Source: Schizochytrium sp. TIO01 (lineage: Eukaryota > Protista > Bigyra: Labyrinthulomycetes). Taken from it: 64,000 nt of DNA. Under the pieces are notes generated by a model that was not told the DNA's origin, ran no database searches, and saw only the letters and a program-made list of their open reading frames with translations. This document shows positions 1 to 10,803 of the stretch, piece by piece. The translations under genes and the position numbers were made by a program. Location of the stretch: NCBI GenBank assembly GCA_004764695.1, contig SMSO01000031.1, positions 4,068,436 through 4,132,435 of the forward strand. The letters are read 5' to 3'. Numbering within the stretch: position 1 is the stretch's first letter; each line of letters begins with the position of its first letter.

Positions 1-1028
1 GGTTTCGCAACGCCCGATGGACGCCATGTGTCCAGGAAGCTGCTACGTGGAGCAATATAGTCAGGGCCGCCTCCAATATCCTCATGCCGATCCACTTTAC
101 CTGTGAAGCGTGCCGCAGTGCTTCCAAAACCTTTGCTTGGCACGCTTGTGGACCCTTTGATCCAAGCCTTGCTAGCTAAATCTTGTAAAGGATATTGCCC
201 AGGCCCAGGAACCTGAGCTGCAGCCTTTGGGGCCCCAATGTTTCTTTTCGTCCCTGATGCGAACGAAGCTTGCATTTGAGGTCGAATAAGATCTGCCAGA
301 GTAGGGTTTAAAAGATGACCCGGCGTTGTATCATTCGCTGCATTTATGTAATATGATCCTGGGCCAGGAACTGCATTAGGTCGCTCACCTACTGACCTGG
401 ATGCTTGCTTATCGAATGACACGGCCCCGGGTACTCGGCATCGCTCGCCTTGGGATCGAGTCGTTGCGCATTCAGTAGGCGGATTAGAACTTGCGCTTCT
501 CCTTCGCGGTCGTAGCTTTCCATTATTATCAACAACATACCCTTGAGATGCGTCTCCGGAAGGAATAGATGGTACTGTTGGAATGTGCTGAAAAGCCTCA
601 AGCACGACACCAGGAGGCTGATGCTGAGGAGCACTCTTTGATCGATTAGATTGTCTATTGTTCCAGTCTGACTTAACCTCGTATTGGCCTGGAGCCGGCA
701 TATTTGCGCTTCGATTTAAACTGCGATCCTCAAATCTATCTGTTTGTGACTTGAAAACCCCTTCACATCCGGCATTTGATCGATCAGTACTCGTAGGGTT
801 GTAATATTGACCCGGATCTGGCCGTTTGTCACGCTTTGCTGGACCGTCGCGATGGGATGTAGATAGAAATGGCGCTTGGCTTCTACTTTTAGAGTGTTCA
901 TCGAGCATTGCCAAGCTTGATGAAACATCATAGTGACCAGGGCCGAGGTCAGTTGGAGCTCCCTTGTCCGGTACATAGCCAGCAATTCCGCGGCATGTTT
1001 CTCGATTTGTCCGAAATACAAATGCCAT
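1..1028 (-). CDS. Sperm-tail PG-rich repeat (SHIPPO/STPG2-like) flagellar protein, 3' end outside the window
   Basis: Manually translated stop-free minus-strand frame from ATG at 1028 (MAFVFRTNRE...) to the window edge. Repeated P-G-P-G-x-Y motifs (LGPGHY, PDPGQY, PAPGQY, VPGPGSY, VPGPGQY) plus PTVPSIP...GY and FGSTAARF segments. Absent from the ORF track because it runs off the edge. Confidence 0.85.
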   Translation of the reverse strand, partial: MAFVFRTNRETCRGIAGYVPDKGAPTDLGPGHYDVSSSLAMLDEHSKSRSQAPFLSTSHRDGPAKRDKRPDPGQYYNPTSTDRSNAGCEGVFKSQTDRFEDRSLNRSANMPAPGQYEVKSDWNNRQSNRSKSAPQHQPPGVVLEAFQHIPTVPSIPSGDASQGYVVDNNGKLRPRRRSASSNPPTECATTRSQGERCRVPGAVSFDKQASRSVGERPNAVPGPGSYYINAANDTTPGHLLNPTLADLIRPQMQASFASGTKRNIGAPKAAAQVPGPGQYPLQDLASKAWIKGSTSVPSKGFGSTAARFTGKVDRHEDIGGGPDYIAPRSSFLDTWRPSGVAK

Positions 1029-2245
1029 ACTAACAGCCCACCCGGAATTAGCCTCGCCAGAGAGCTCGAGCTGGTATTCAATTCGTTTGAGATTTCGATG
1101 TTTGTACAAATGCCTAGCCTCGACTTGTTTGTAGCGCAGCTAAGCAAGAACCAAAAAAGCGAAGCGGTGAGTTCTAAAAGCTAGAGTATCTCTTCGCTTT
1201 GGAGACCCTCGCGAGACTGCGCGTGCCGGCGCCGGCTGCCCAGACAGCTCCGCTGTTGCGCACAGCCAACGATGTCAAGCAAGAATATATAGAGCAGGAG
1301 CAGGTTTTCGAGTCGCATAGATCTCCTCTGCAACTTAGTGCAGGGTTGCAGAAAACTACAGTAAACAATTAAAACCACGCATCATACACGTACAATGACC
1401 TTTGAAAAAGAACTCAAGAACTACACTAAGAAGCTAGCTCAATTGATACAGTGCACACCTGCTTCTGAGAACATCTCAGAACTCTTACAAAGTTGTTCTC
1501 ACTCAGTTGCTCAATCAGGTGTGTACTTCAGTGAAGCAGGGATTGGGAGGAACATCAATCAAGCTGATCGGGCAAGCCACTGAGATGTAACCATATAGTC
1601 AGCGGCCAAAACACACCCTGAGTACTTTTGGTAGGTCAAGTCAATCTTTGATGGCGGTGATTCTTAATCTCGGTACCGCAATTTCTTTGTAACGGATGTA
1701 TTTGAATCAACAAAAGAAATCGAACAATTTATTGCATTGAAAGCCAGGTATCAGACTATAGTAAGGTTGAACTAATAGCATTGTACTCGGGTTTTGGTAG
1801 TACCTAAAAACAATCAAGGATGGAGAGAGGAAAGAAAGGGATTTCAACGGCAACGACATGCCAGTGGAGATTGGCTATTTTAAAAGAAAAGTGCTTTCAT
1901 TTAGTTCTCTCTTTCTCCTTAAACTTTAACAACTCCCGATTGGGAAGTTTTCACGGCACCTTTCAGTGTCAGCTGAAACACAAAGTGAAAAGAACTGCAA
2001 TAGAATCATTTGAGATTACCATTTTGCACGAAGGTTACATGAAAATGCCTATCGATCAAATTGGAGTGGTCAGCATTGATGGCCCATAATCGAGACGGTA
2101 ATACCGGCTTCCTAGGACAGTTTTTACGGGTGACTTTTAGGAATTTAGCGATTAAATAGAGTTTAGACGTTGTTTGGCGCGTAAGCGAAAGTAAATTCTA
2201 TTTGCTGTGGCGGACAAGCTTCGGAGCGCACTGTGCGCTCTCGGC

Positions 2246-5230
2246 ATGATGTCGAATGGCGCAACTGGAAAAGGCAGCAAAGTTCATCCTCGAGAGGTTT
2301 TGTCAGATGAAGAGCAAGAGCCATCCATCGAGTTTGACAACATCCTTGCTGATAGTACACCATATTCGCCTAGAGAAACAATCAGCGTTGAAGCTCAAGA
2401 GGATGAGGCCAACGCCACAACACACTCTCAACTTAGCAGCGCACGATTTTCTACTCATGATGAGATAGATGATACAAAGCAGGAAAGTGATCACATAATC
2501 CTTGAAGATGACGATGAAGACAATATTTCTGAGCACGATGACAACATAAAAGATAAAAGAGCACCGCTAACAAGGCGTGGTAGTGATATATTAGTGCAAA
2601 ATGTAATTGTAGCAAGGCGCGCAGCAATCAAGTGGAAAAGAAACCTTGGCGGGCAAGTATCACGAAAGAATGACTTTCGACCGCAGCGAGTCGGTGATGA
2701 GCTCGATCGACGAATTTTTTCAGAAGAAAAAATCCGGAATCTAGAGCGCAAATTTACGCTCACCCATATTGAAGACCCACAGCATGTACAAAACCAGCAG
2801 CAAAACCAGCAGCAAAACCAGCAGCAGAACCAGCAGCAACCTGGCAGTCCTCAACATAAGAAGGTTCGCAAAACAACAATTTTTGGGGAATTTAGAAGGA
2901 GATCGGCAACCCGAAGGCGAATGCTAACTTCAAGGGCGTATACTCTCGATGGCATTCAAATTGAAAACCTATTACAGTCCTCAAGTAGTCGGCTGCACAA
3001 TACATTTTTGGGGATTATTAAATATGACAACCAGTACAAGTACATCTGGGACTGGGTTATTATAATTCTTACATTCTACAGTATCATGATTATCCCGTTG
3101 CAGCTAGCATTTGCGAACGAGATGAAGGATCATATTGTCCTTCGTCTTGCCAACCGGATTACAGATTTTGTGTTTGTCGCTGATTTACTTTTAAATTTTC
3201 GAACAGCTTATCTGGATGAGGACCGCTATGAGGTGACGGATCAGGCTCTAATTGTCCGTCACTATTTAAAAACATGGTTTACGCTGGATCTCATTGCTTG
3301 TCTTCCTTTAGATTTACTAGTAAGCGGTCTGGTGCCCGACGCTTGGCTGCAGATAAACAAGCTTGTTCGAATTACCCGTGTCCTTAAGAAACTTGAGGAG
3401 ATGGTTTTAACTGGATACACTCGTATTATTCAGCTATTAGGCACATTTTGTGTTTCAGCGCATGTCATCGGCTGTATGTTTCTTGCCTTGGCATCTTTGG
3501 AACTCGATCGTGGAGTCGAGGAAGTGTGGACAAGTAAGTATAGCCTTGATGGGGAACCTATGAATTTTCGTTACACATCAGCCCTTTATTGGGCGTTTGC
3601 TACGCTTGGTACTGTGGGATATGGTGACATTGCTGCTGTAACACTTATTGAAAGACTTTTTGCGATAGTTGTGATGTTTTCAGGATCTATCATGTACGCC
3701 TCAATCTTTGGTACTTTTACAAACTTAATTCAAGAGCGAGGGCGGCATCGGTTCCGATACAATCAGCGGATCACCAGAATCAACGACTTTGTTCGCGCGA
3801 ATCGTTTGCCAAGGTTTATTCGCGATCGCCTTGTTCGCTACCATGAGGCTACGTGGCAACTTCGCAAGGTTCTTGTAGGTGACATTATGGTGGGAGTACC
3901 TGAATCTGCGAAAATTGAAATTATGGTGTTTTTATATATGGACCTGGTCCGCACGGTTCCCATATTCGCACGTTGTTCGCATCGGCTTTTGGAAAAGGTT
4001 GTCATGTGCTTTACCCAGGACATATTCTTAAGTGGTGATTTCCTCATGCGTCAGGGTGACGTGGGACGTGAACTTTTTTTCATTGTCAAGGGTCGTATTG
4101 ATGTGTTTGCATATCGTGGTGATGCTGATGTTGCAGCGAATATAAGCTTTGATGAAATCATGAGTGATAGTTATTTTATTGTATCGCGCGGTCCTGGCGC
4201 CTTTATTGGAGAAGGGTCCTTATTATACGGCGAGCGACGTGGTGCTTCTGTACGGGCATTTTCGCAGATTGTGCAGACGTTAACTCTGACCAAAGATGCT
4301 TTTGAAGCTTGTGTTAGCGACTATCCTGAGGTTTTAGAGATGATGCGAGGTGTTGCTTCTCGACGAGCAGAAGAAAAGTCTGCTCGTAAGTCGCATTCAG
4401 GAAAGTTACCATCTGTGGGTGCTAATGACGCTAATGTTGGAAAGAGCAGAAGCATGTTGTACGCATCTCTTCGCAAAGGTAGGAAACCTCCATCTTTTAG
4501 CAATTTGGCCTCTTCGAAACCTTCTTCATTTCTTGCATCGGTTCCTGGAGATGAAAATCCGTTGCACCCAATCCAGTCGCTACAGCAGCGGCCACAGGAG
4601 CACCATGAGAAAGAGGAACATCACGAGAAGGAGAAGCAACAGCGACTACAGCAAGATCAAGGACAGCAAGAGCCTGAGCAAGGATACTTGCGTCTGCGTC
4701 GATCAAGTATTGGGCACAAGAGTTCCACAGAATCTATCGATGAGTTGATCGAGGTATCGGATGATTTATCGCAGAGTGGAAAATCTCCGTCAAACAATGA
4801 TTTGTTAAACTTAAGCATCAAGACCGATCGTGCAACAATGTTAACGTCGTCAATGGAGAAGGTGTTTGGAAGGACATCTCGGAATCTCACCGCAAACAGC
4901 AGTAGTACTCGAAGTCTACCAGCGTCAAGAGAAATTCCTCACGAGCCTCAAAACGCAGAGCAGGAGATTGCAAGCGTAATTTCAGCAAGATCAGCTAGCT
5001 TCAATCTAAGCAAGCCAAGTGAGATCAAATCCCCAGAGTCGAGTAAATCAGTTCCAAATCAACCTTTGAGTGTACAACGCAGCTCAGATGCAGTGCCAAC
5101 TTCGGCAACCGAACAACTTAGTGTCCAGCTGAGTGCGATGCAACAGAACATCGTCTCCCTTTTGCAAGAGCAGAACGACCGTATTAAAATTCTTGAGAAG
5201 CAAAGCAACTTAAATGCTGCTTCAAACTAA
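2246..5230 (+). CDS. Voltage-gated K+ channel with cyclic-nucleotide-binding domain (KCNH/HCN/CNG superfamily)
   Basis: Six TM segments, pore signature TLGTVGYGD, C-linker and CNBD with FIGEGSLL...RRGASVRA. First ATG at 2246; the ORF track starts at GTG 2207. Confidence 0.93.
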   Translation: MMSNGATGKGSKVHPREVLSDEEQEPSIEFDNILADSTPYSPRETISVEAQEDEANATTHSQLSSARFSTHDEIDDTKQESDHIILEDDDEDNISEHDDNIKDKRAPLTRRGSDILVQNVIVARRAAIKWKRNLGGQVSRKNDFRPQRVGDELDRRIFSEEKIRNLERKFTLTHIEDPQHVQNQQQNQQQNQQQNQQQPGSPQHKKVRKTTIFGEFRRRSATRRRMLTSRAYTLDGIQIENLLQSSSSRLHNTFLGIIKYDNQYKYIWDWVIIILTFYSIMIIPLQLAFANEMKDHIVLRLANRITDFVFVADLLLNFRTAYLDEDRYEVTDQALIVRHYLKTWFTLDLIACLPLDLLVSGLVPDAWLQINKLVRITRVLKKLEEMVLTGYTRIIQLLGTFCVSAHVIGCMFLALASLELDRGVEEVWTSKYSLDGEPMNFRYTSALYWAFATLGTVGYGDIAAVTLIERLFAIVVMFSGSIMYASIFGTFTNLIQERGRHRFRYNQRITRINDFVRANRLPRFIRDRLVRYHEATWQLRKVLVGDIMVGVPESAKIEIMVFLYMDLVRTVPIFARCSHRLLEKVVMCFTQDIFLSGDFLMRQGDVGRELFFIVKGRIDVFAYRGDADVAANISFDEIMSDSYFIVSRGPGAFIGEGSLLYGERRGASVRAFSQIVQTLTLTKDAFEACVSDYPEVLEMMRGVASRRAEEKSARKSHSGKLPSVGANDANVGKSRSMLYASLRKGRKPPSFSNLASSKPSSFLASVPGDENPLHPIQSLQQRPQEHHEKEEHHEKEKQQRLQQDQGQQEPEQGYLRLRRSSIGHKSSTESIDELIEVSDDLSQSGKSPSNNDLLNLSIKTDRATMLTSSMEKVFGRTSRNLTANSSSTRSLPASREIPHEPQNAEQEIASVISARSASFNLSKPSEIKSPESSKSVPNQPLSVQRSSDAVPTSATEQLSVQLSAMQQNIVSLLQEQNDRIKILEKQSNLNAASN
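2789..2840 (+). repeat. Coding 12-bp tandem repeat (QNQQ)n within the channel N-terminus
   Basis: caaaaccagcag unit repeated about 4 times. Confidence 0.85.
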
Positions 5231-5642
5231 ATCACTTTACATTACCGGATCATTCTTAAACAAAGAAATTAAAATCATGAGGTGAATAAATCTCTCATTG
5301 TACTGCTTGTTTTCTCTCCAGAAATAAGACTTCACACTGGCTGAGAAAGGAACGTCTCTGTATTTTAGGTTAACTTGATTATTGTCTTGTTTCCAATTCA
5401 AACGCATTTTGTTCGAGGACCACTACTTTCATTTTTAAATTCTCTCCAAGTATGCAAAGACCATGATCATACAGAATAAAATCGATCAAATCGTATCAGA
5501 GCTAAGATGCTATTTCCCACTATGCAACTACAAAAAGCTTCGAAATCCACAAAATTCAACATGGTCTAGCAATATTCTTTTTTAAACCTAGTAAGTCTGC
5601 GACGAAGCGGAAAAACAACACTTACAAGAAAATAAAAGCGAT

Positions 5643-6872
5643 TTAATGCTGAATCACACAAAGTCCTTTCCTCAGCTGGGATATTTTCTGGCGAATCTTG
5701 GGAGCTGGGCGCTTTCGTGTCAAGTCAAGCTCTCCACGAACTTCTTGAGGTAGGCATGTAGTATCTTTACAAAGTAGAGTTCCTTCACCACGGTAGTATT
5801 CGTCTTCGCGCCGAAGGGCTTCGTTGATTACAAAGAGCTGTGAACAGGAATCTTGGGCAACCTGCGCCAAGTTTGGTGCCCACGAGTACCAGAAGGCGAG
5901 GAAAGGAGAGGTCGCAGTTTTACCTTTGGCAATACTTGTGGATCCGTCTTTTGCTGATACCCAGGCTGGCGGCAAAAACTTGTAGCGGCCACGCGCTAGA
6001 GGCACCAAGTAAGAAATGCACTTCCCATTGCACGATGATGTGTAGTAATCTTTGGTATAGACAAAGTTTGGCATCAACAGGAAGAATGGCTTGTCAATGC
6101 TTGTCACCCATTTGAGCAAACGTTCCATATGGTCTCCACTGAAAGGAGGATTAGTTACGACTACATCAAATTCTGGGAGAGTATTGTTCTCAATCGCCAT
6201 ATAAAAGTCCTCACAGCGATTGTAAACATTATCAAAGCCTAGAATCCCCAAGGTTCTTGCTGATCGGCCTGCACAATAGTATGGGTCATAGATTTTCAGA
6301 GATGACGGGGTCTTGCCTAATTGTGAGGCTGTTGCATCCAGCAGAGCAGCAATATCAATAAATGCCTCTTTCGGTGTTTCACAATGGTCGCTGGGATCGA
6401 CCTTGTAAGGGAACTGGTTGGCGGCACTTTGCAAGCCCTTCTTCCCTCCCCTCACTTTGGGTTGCTGGCCCTTCTTGATGAATCCTCCCTCTTGAGGTGG
6501 CTGCTTACGTTTCGGCGGACGAATTGCTGGGCTTTGCAGCAACGAAAAGTCGCCAATGTCGTCTTTATTGTTGTCAGTACGCGAGAACTCACCGCGAGTT
6601 TTTTGGCGTTTGATGCCTGTCTCAAATTGGTTCTTTTTAGCAGCCGCAGAGTTTTGGTTGCTGCTGTTGTGATTTACCGTCATCGATTGTTTTTTCTTTT
6701 TCTTAATGCTCGGGCTCTGCAGAAGTGAAAAGTCATTCCGGCTGTCCTTCTCCTGTTCTTGCCTCTGAAGAGTTTGTGAAGGTCCTGTCGTATCTCCCTT
6801 TGCAGCACCTTCGTCGCTTTCAAACCAGCCTCGTCGACGAGGGCGCTTGCGAGCTCGATCTGGTTTAGCCAT
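5643..6872 (-). CDS. SAM-dependent amino-methyltransferase (NPPF type, putative N6-adenine MTase) with a basic disordered N-terminus
   Basis: DHCETP, motif-I-like IYDPYYCAG, EDFY, motif IV DVVVTNPPFS, then KPFFLLMP. K/R-rich NLS-like N-terminus. Confidence 0.75.
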   Translation of the reverse strand: MAKPDRARKRPRRRGWFESDEGAAKGDTTGPSQTLQRQEQEKDSRNDFSLLQSPSIKKKKKQSMTVNHNSSNQNSAAAKKNQFETGIKRQKTRGEFSRTDNNKDDIGDFSLLQSPAIRPPKRKQPPQEGGFIKKGQQPKVRGGKKGLQSAANQFPYKVDPSDHCETPKEAFIDIAALLDATASQLGKTPSSLKIYDPYYCAGRSARTLGILGFDNVYNRCEDFYMAIENNTLPEFDVVVTNPPFSGDHMERLLKWVTSIDKPFFLLMPNFVYTKDYYTSSCNGKCISYLVPLARGRYKFLPPAWVSAKDGSTSIAKGKTATSPFLAFWYSWAPNLAQVAQDSCSQLFVINEALRREDEYYRGEGTLLCKDTTCLPQEVRGELDLTRKRPAPKIRQKISQLRKGLCVIQH

Positions 6873-7708
6873 TTTTTAAAATAAAACCAACTGTGCTAAC
6901 CTAGGTCAAGCCTCCAGTGCTGCTCTAGACCCAAAACCTGGTTCTATGTCTCAAAGTTCACGTTGACAAGTGCTCCATTGATAGGTCATCAAATCGCATC
7001 CCACGAAAGAGAGACTGATTGTCTGGTTCCCAAGCAGATGTATAGTATTCTTTTTCATTGATAAGAGAGAGGTACTTAAATTTATCAACTACTCCGCCAG
7101 CTCCGTGCGTCCTGTACCTTCCGGCGCCTTTTAGCGGCGAAGAATATTCTGACTTTCATCCCTCCCTTCCGCTCCGCAATCTCTCTGTCACCCTGTTCCA
7201 TGTGAGGTGAATCTCGGTACCTCCCAAAAGATACCATATCTCTTGTGAGGTACTTTAGAAAATTCGTCAAAAAGAGCACCAAGAACCCTGTTTGTGCCTC
7301 ACAACACTTACCAGCTGTGGTGATTTTATCCTCTCACCCACTGGGGGTTGTCCTCCCAGACTTGGCCAGTGAATCCGTCTGAACCCCACTGGGATCGGAG
7401 CAGCTTCCTTCCGCCAGCCATTCCGATCGCTCGCTTCTTTCTTCGGGCGCCTGTCTCTCTCGGCGCCTACGAACCCAGCCCTCTTAAGCGTGGCCAGGTC
7501 GCACCCGCCTTCTTCTTGAGCCTCTTCCTGCGCTTACGCCCGAGGTCCGCGCGGCTTCCGCCCTCTTCGCCCTCTTCGCTGTCCTTGCCGCGACTAAGCA
7601 TTTCTGCTTTCGAGAAGGCGAGGCTAACGACCGCTCTCTCTCTCCTTCCCTAGCTGCCAATAAGTGACTCCTAGCCAAAGTTGAAACGGCCGCCCCCACT
7701 GGGCCGGC

Positions 7709-7803
7709 AAGTGAGTTATACAGGGCCATAAGTGGGTTATGCGAGGGAGCCACAGTAGGTTATAGCGCCACGCAAGTGAAGGTTATGCCGCTGCAAGTGG
7801 GCC
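7709..7803. promoter_or_regulatory. Phased array of AAGTGRGTTAT-like motifs (5 copies, 21-23 bp period)
   Basis: aagtgagttat 7709, aagtgggttat 7730, cagtaggttat 7753, aagtgaaggttat 7774, aagtggg 7795. Lies between the divergent MTase and importin alpha genes. Regulatory role is inferred. Confidence 0.55.
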
Positions 7804-8084
7804 AAAGGAGGCTGAGAGGGCACGGATCGCAAAGATATTCTTGGCACGAATTTGAGTGAGTGATTGATTAAGTTTCTTTAACTGTTCTGTTCGCCGCTCT
7901 TCTTTGTTTCTTTGTTTCTTTCTTCTTTCTGCGCCTTCTTCGATCGTTCATTCTTAGGGGAAAGCGGTGCCGGGAGCAGAGCGGCGAGCAGCCGGGCGGC
8001 TTTCGTGAGACATAGCTATCGAGGAGGGCGCACTCTCTGCAAATGAGCGAAATCTAATCGTAAAATCAATCCATAACGAGAAAA

Positions 8085-8095
8085 GAAAGAAAGAG

Positions 8096-8126
<31 letters not shown>

Positions 8127-8127
8127 A
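8085..8127. repeat. (GAAA)n microsatellite
   Basis: Direct inspection. Confidence 0.9.
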
Positions 8128-8410
8128 CTTGATACAAAACAGCCCTTTTCTCTCTCTTTCTCCCTTTCTCTCTCTTCCTTTCGCAGAGGCCAAAAATAGT
8201 GGATTTTCAAGCTATTTAGAAATAAATAAACGAATGAATGAACGAATGAATGAAGAAGGTCATTATAACCTGAGGCAAATAGACGACTTGAAGGTTCCTC
8301 GTTACTTACCCATAAAAAGTTGATTGGGCTTTTGTTTAGCTGGCTTTTGTTTATTTGTTTGCTTATTCACTCACTTCATTGAAAATTAAATTGATTGACT
8401 GATGACTATT

Positions 8411-8454
8411 TAATTGATCGATTGATCGATTGATCGATTGATTGATTGATTGAT

Positions 8455-8487
<33 letters not shown>

Positions 8488-8504
8488 AATTGATTGATTG
8501 ATTG
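8411..8504. repeat. (ATTG)n / (ATCG) compound microsatellite
   Basis: Direct inspection. Confidence 0.92.
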
Positions 8505-9177
8505 ACTGCCTTTCTGCACGACCTCTCTTCCTCCGCGTTTTCTCCTTCTGGGCCCGCAGAGCTCGCGAGCAGACGAGCCATACGTGCGTGGTCAGGGCGC
8601 AGGCACGCGTAAGCCAGCGGACAAGCACGCAAGCAGGCAAGCAAGCAAGAGCACCAGCGAGGAAGGAAGCCAAAATGAGAAGAAGAAGAGGAGAAGAAGA
8701 AGAAGAAGAAGAACACTGTGACCTCTAGTAGCAGTAGTCACTAGGGGCGGATAGCCTTAACTGCTAGGAGAGAAGAAGGCCAAGAAGACAGAGCGATGAT
8801 ATTAAAGAAAATAAATAATAAAAATAATAAATAAATAAATAAATAAAAAGAAAGAAAGTATTTGTTTGATGACTACTGCAAAATGGGTGAATGAAAGGAA
8901 GAAGTAGAAGAGAGAAAGAGAGTGACAGAAGCAGCAGACCCTCTTCGACCGAGTTCGCTCATTCCGCGGCCCGCCGTCCCCGTTTCGCGCCCTTTGCAGC
9001 AGTAGCCCTCGGCCTCTGCTCCCTCCCTCCGCCGCGTCCTCTATCTGTTCCGCGCGAGCCAGGCCTATCGAGGGATCACTCACCCTTCGTGAGACCGCTT
9101 TCTCGCCGCTTCACTCGCTTCATATCCTTTGATAGCACTCGACAAACAAACAAGGAGCTAATCAATCCAATCTAATC

Positions 9178-10803
9178 ATGTCTGCCTTCGGAGATCTTGG
9201 TGGCCAGGCCGGCCCCGGCGAGAGCGTCAAGGGCGGTGTGGATCTTCTTGAGGCTCGCAAGAACCGTGAGGAGACCTCTGTTCAGATTCGCAAGCAGAAG
9301 AAGGCCGATCGTCTTCGCCAGCGCCGGCGCCAGGACCCCTCCACCGAGGCGCAGAGCTCTATGGGCGGCGCTGCCGCTCCTCAGCCGCGCCAAGCTGATA
9401 TCCCCTTGTACGTTCAGGGTGTGATGGGAAATGACCCGAACGAGTGGCTTGTGCACACCAAGAACTTCCGCCGTTTGCTTTCAATTGAGCAGGACCCCCC
9501 CATCCGCAACGTTATCGAGAGCGGCGTGGTGCCGCGCTTCGTGGAGTTTCTCCAGTTTGAGTCTAACACTCGTCTGCAGTTTGAGGCCGCCTGGGCTCTT
9601 ACCAACATTGCCAGTGGTACTCCCGAGGAGACCAAGGTTGTGATCGAGGCTGGCGCCATCCCTATCTTTGTGCGTCTTCTCGCCTCTCCCGAGGAGGATG
9701 TCCGCGAGCAGGCCGTCTGGGCCCTCGGTAACATTGCTGGTGACGGCCACGAGTGCCGCAAGCAGGTTCTCGACTGCAATGCTCTCCCTGCTCTTTTGGC
9801 TCAAATCAATAACACTGCTAAGTTGAGCATGCTCCGCAATGCCACCTGGACTCTGTCTAACTTCTGCAGAGGCCGCCCGGCACCTAACTTTGAGACCGTC
9901 AGGCCTGCGCTTAAGACTCTCGCACTTCTCGTGTACCACGAGGACGTGGATGTCCTCACCGATGCCTGCTGGGCGCTCTCTTACCTCTCTGACGGACCCA
10001 ACGAGACCAACATCCAGGCTGTCATCGAGAGCGGTGTTGTACCCAGATGCATTGAGCTCCTCATGCACAACAGCACTGGCGTTAAGACCCCCGCTCTCCG
10101 CACCGTTGGTAACATCGTGACTGGAGACGACTACCAGACACAGGTCGTCGTTGGTAACGGAGCTCTTGTGCACCTCCTCGCGCTCCTCTCCCATGAGCGC
10201 AAGGGTATCCGCAAGGAGGCCTGCTGGACCATTTCCAACATCACAGCTGGTAGCCGCGACCAGATCCAGGCTGTCATCGATGCGAAGATCATCCCTATTC
10301 TTATCCACCTTCTCGACCAGGAGGAGCTCGATATCAAGAAGGAGGCTGCTTGGGCTATCTCTAACGCCACATCAGGAGGCACGCCTGAGCAGATTAAGAT
10401 CCTTGTAGAGGCTGGATGCATTCGTCCGTACTGCGACCTCATCCAGCTCCCGGATGTCCGTGTGCGCAAGGTTGCTCTTGAGGGACTTGATAACATCCTC
10501 AAGGTCGGAGAGCAGGAGAAGATGGTCTCCGGTGAGAACCCGTTTGCTCGTAGCATCATTGAGGAGCAGGGTGACGAGCGTATCATTGAGCTCACCCACA
10601 TGCAGGACTCTGAGGTCGCGGAGAAGGCACACAAGATCTACCAGACCTATTTTGCTGATACCGACGATGACTACCTTGATGACGGTCCTGACGTCGATGA
10701 GTCTGGCCAGCAGTTTTCTTTTGGCCAGAACCCGCCTTCCCAGCCCTTTGGTGGCAACCAGGGTGGCCAGGGTGGCGGCTTCTCTTTCAACAACATGCAG
10801 TAA
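9178..10803 (+). CDS. KPNA: Importin subunit alpha (karyopherin alpha)
   Basis: IBB domain ([16 protein letters not shown]...RQRRR), ARM repeats ([40 protein letters not shown]) and acidic C-tail. Strong C/G-ending codon bias. Confidence 0.98.
   Translation: MSAFGDLGGQAGPGESVKGGVDLLEARKNREETSVQIRKQKKADRLRQRRRQDPSTEAQSSMGGAAAPQPRQADIPLYVQGVMGNDPNEWLVHTKNFRRLLSIEQDPPIRNVIESGVVPRFVEFLQFESNTRLQFEAAWALTNIASGTPEETKVVIEAGAIPIFVRLLASPEEDVREQAVWALGNIAGDGHECRKQVLDCNALPALLAQINNTAKLSMLRNATWTLSNFCRGRPAPNFETVRPALKTLALLVYHEDVDVLTDACWALSYLSDGPNETNIQAVIESGVVPRCIELLMHNSTGVKTPALRTVGNIVTGDDYQTQVVVGNGALVHLLALLSHERKGIRKEACWTISNITAGSRDQIQAVIDAKIIPILIHLLDQEELDIKKEAAWAISNATSGGTPEQIKILVEAGCIRPYCDLIQLPDVRVRKVALEGLDNILKVGEQEKMVSGENPFARSIIEEQGDERIIELTHMQDSEVAEKAHKIYQTYFADTDDDYLDDGPDVDESGQQFSFGQNPPSQPFGGNQGGQGGGFSFNNMQ

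Noticed and set aside
1395-1583. 62-aa ATG-started ORF between the STPG and channel genes
   Set aside because: No recognisable homology or codon bias; cannot be supported.
7709-7803. Repeat-spacer pattern as a CRISPR array
   Set aside because: Repeats ~11 bp and spacers ~10 bp are far too short and degenerate; eukaryotic context and no cas genes.
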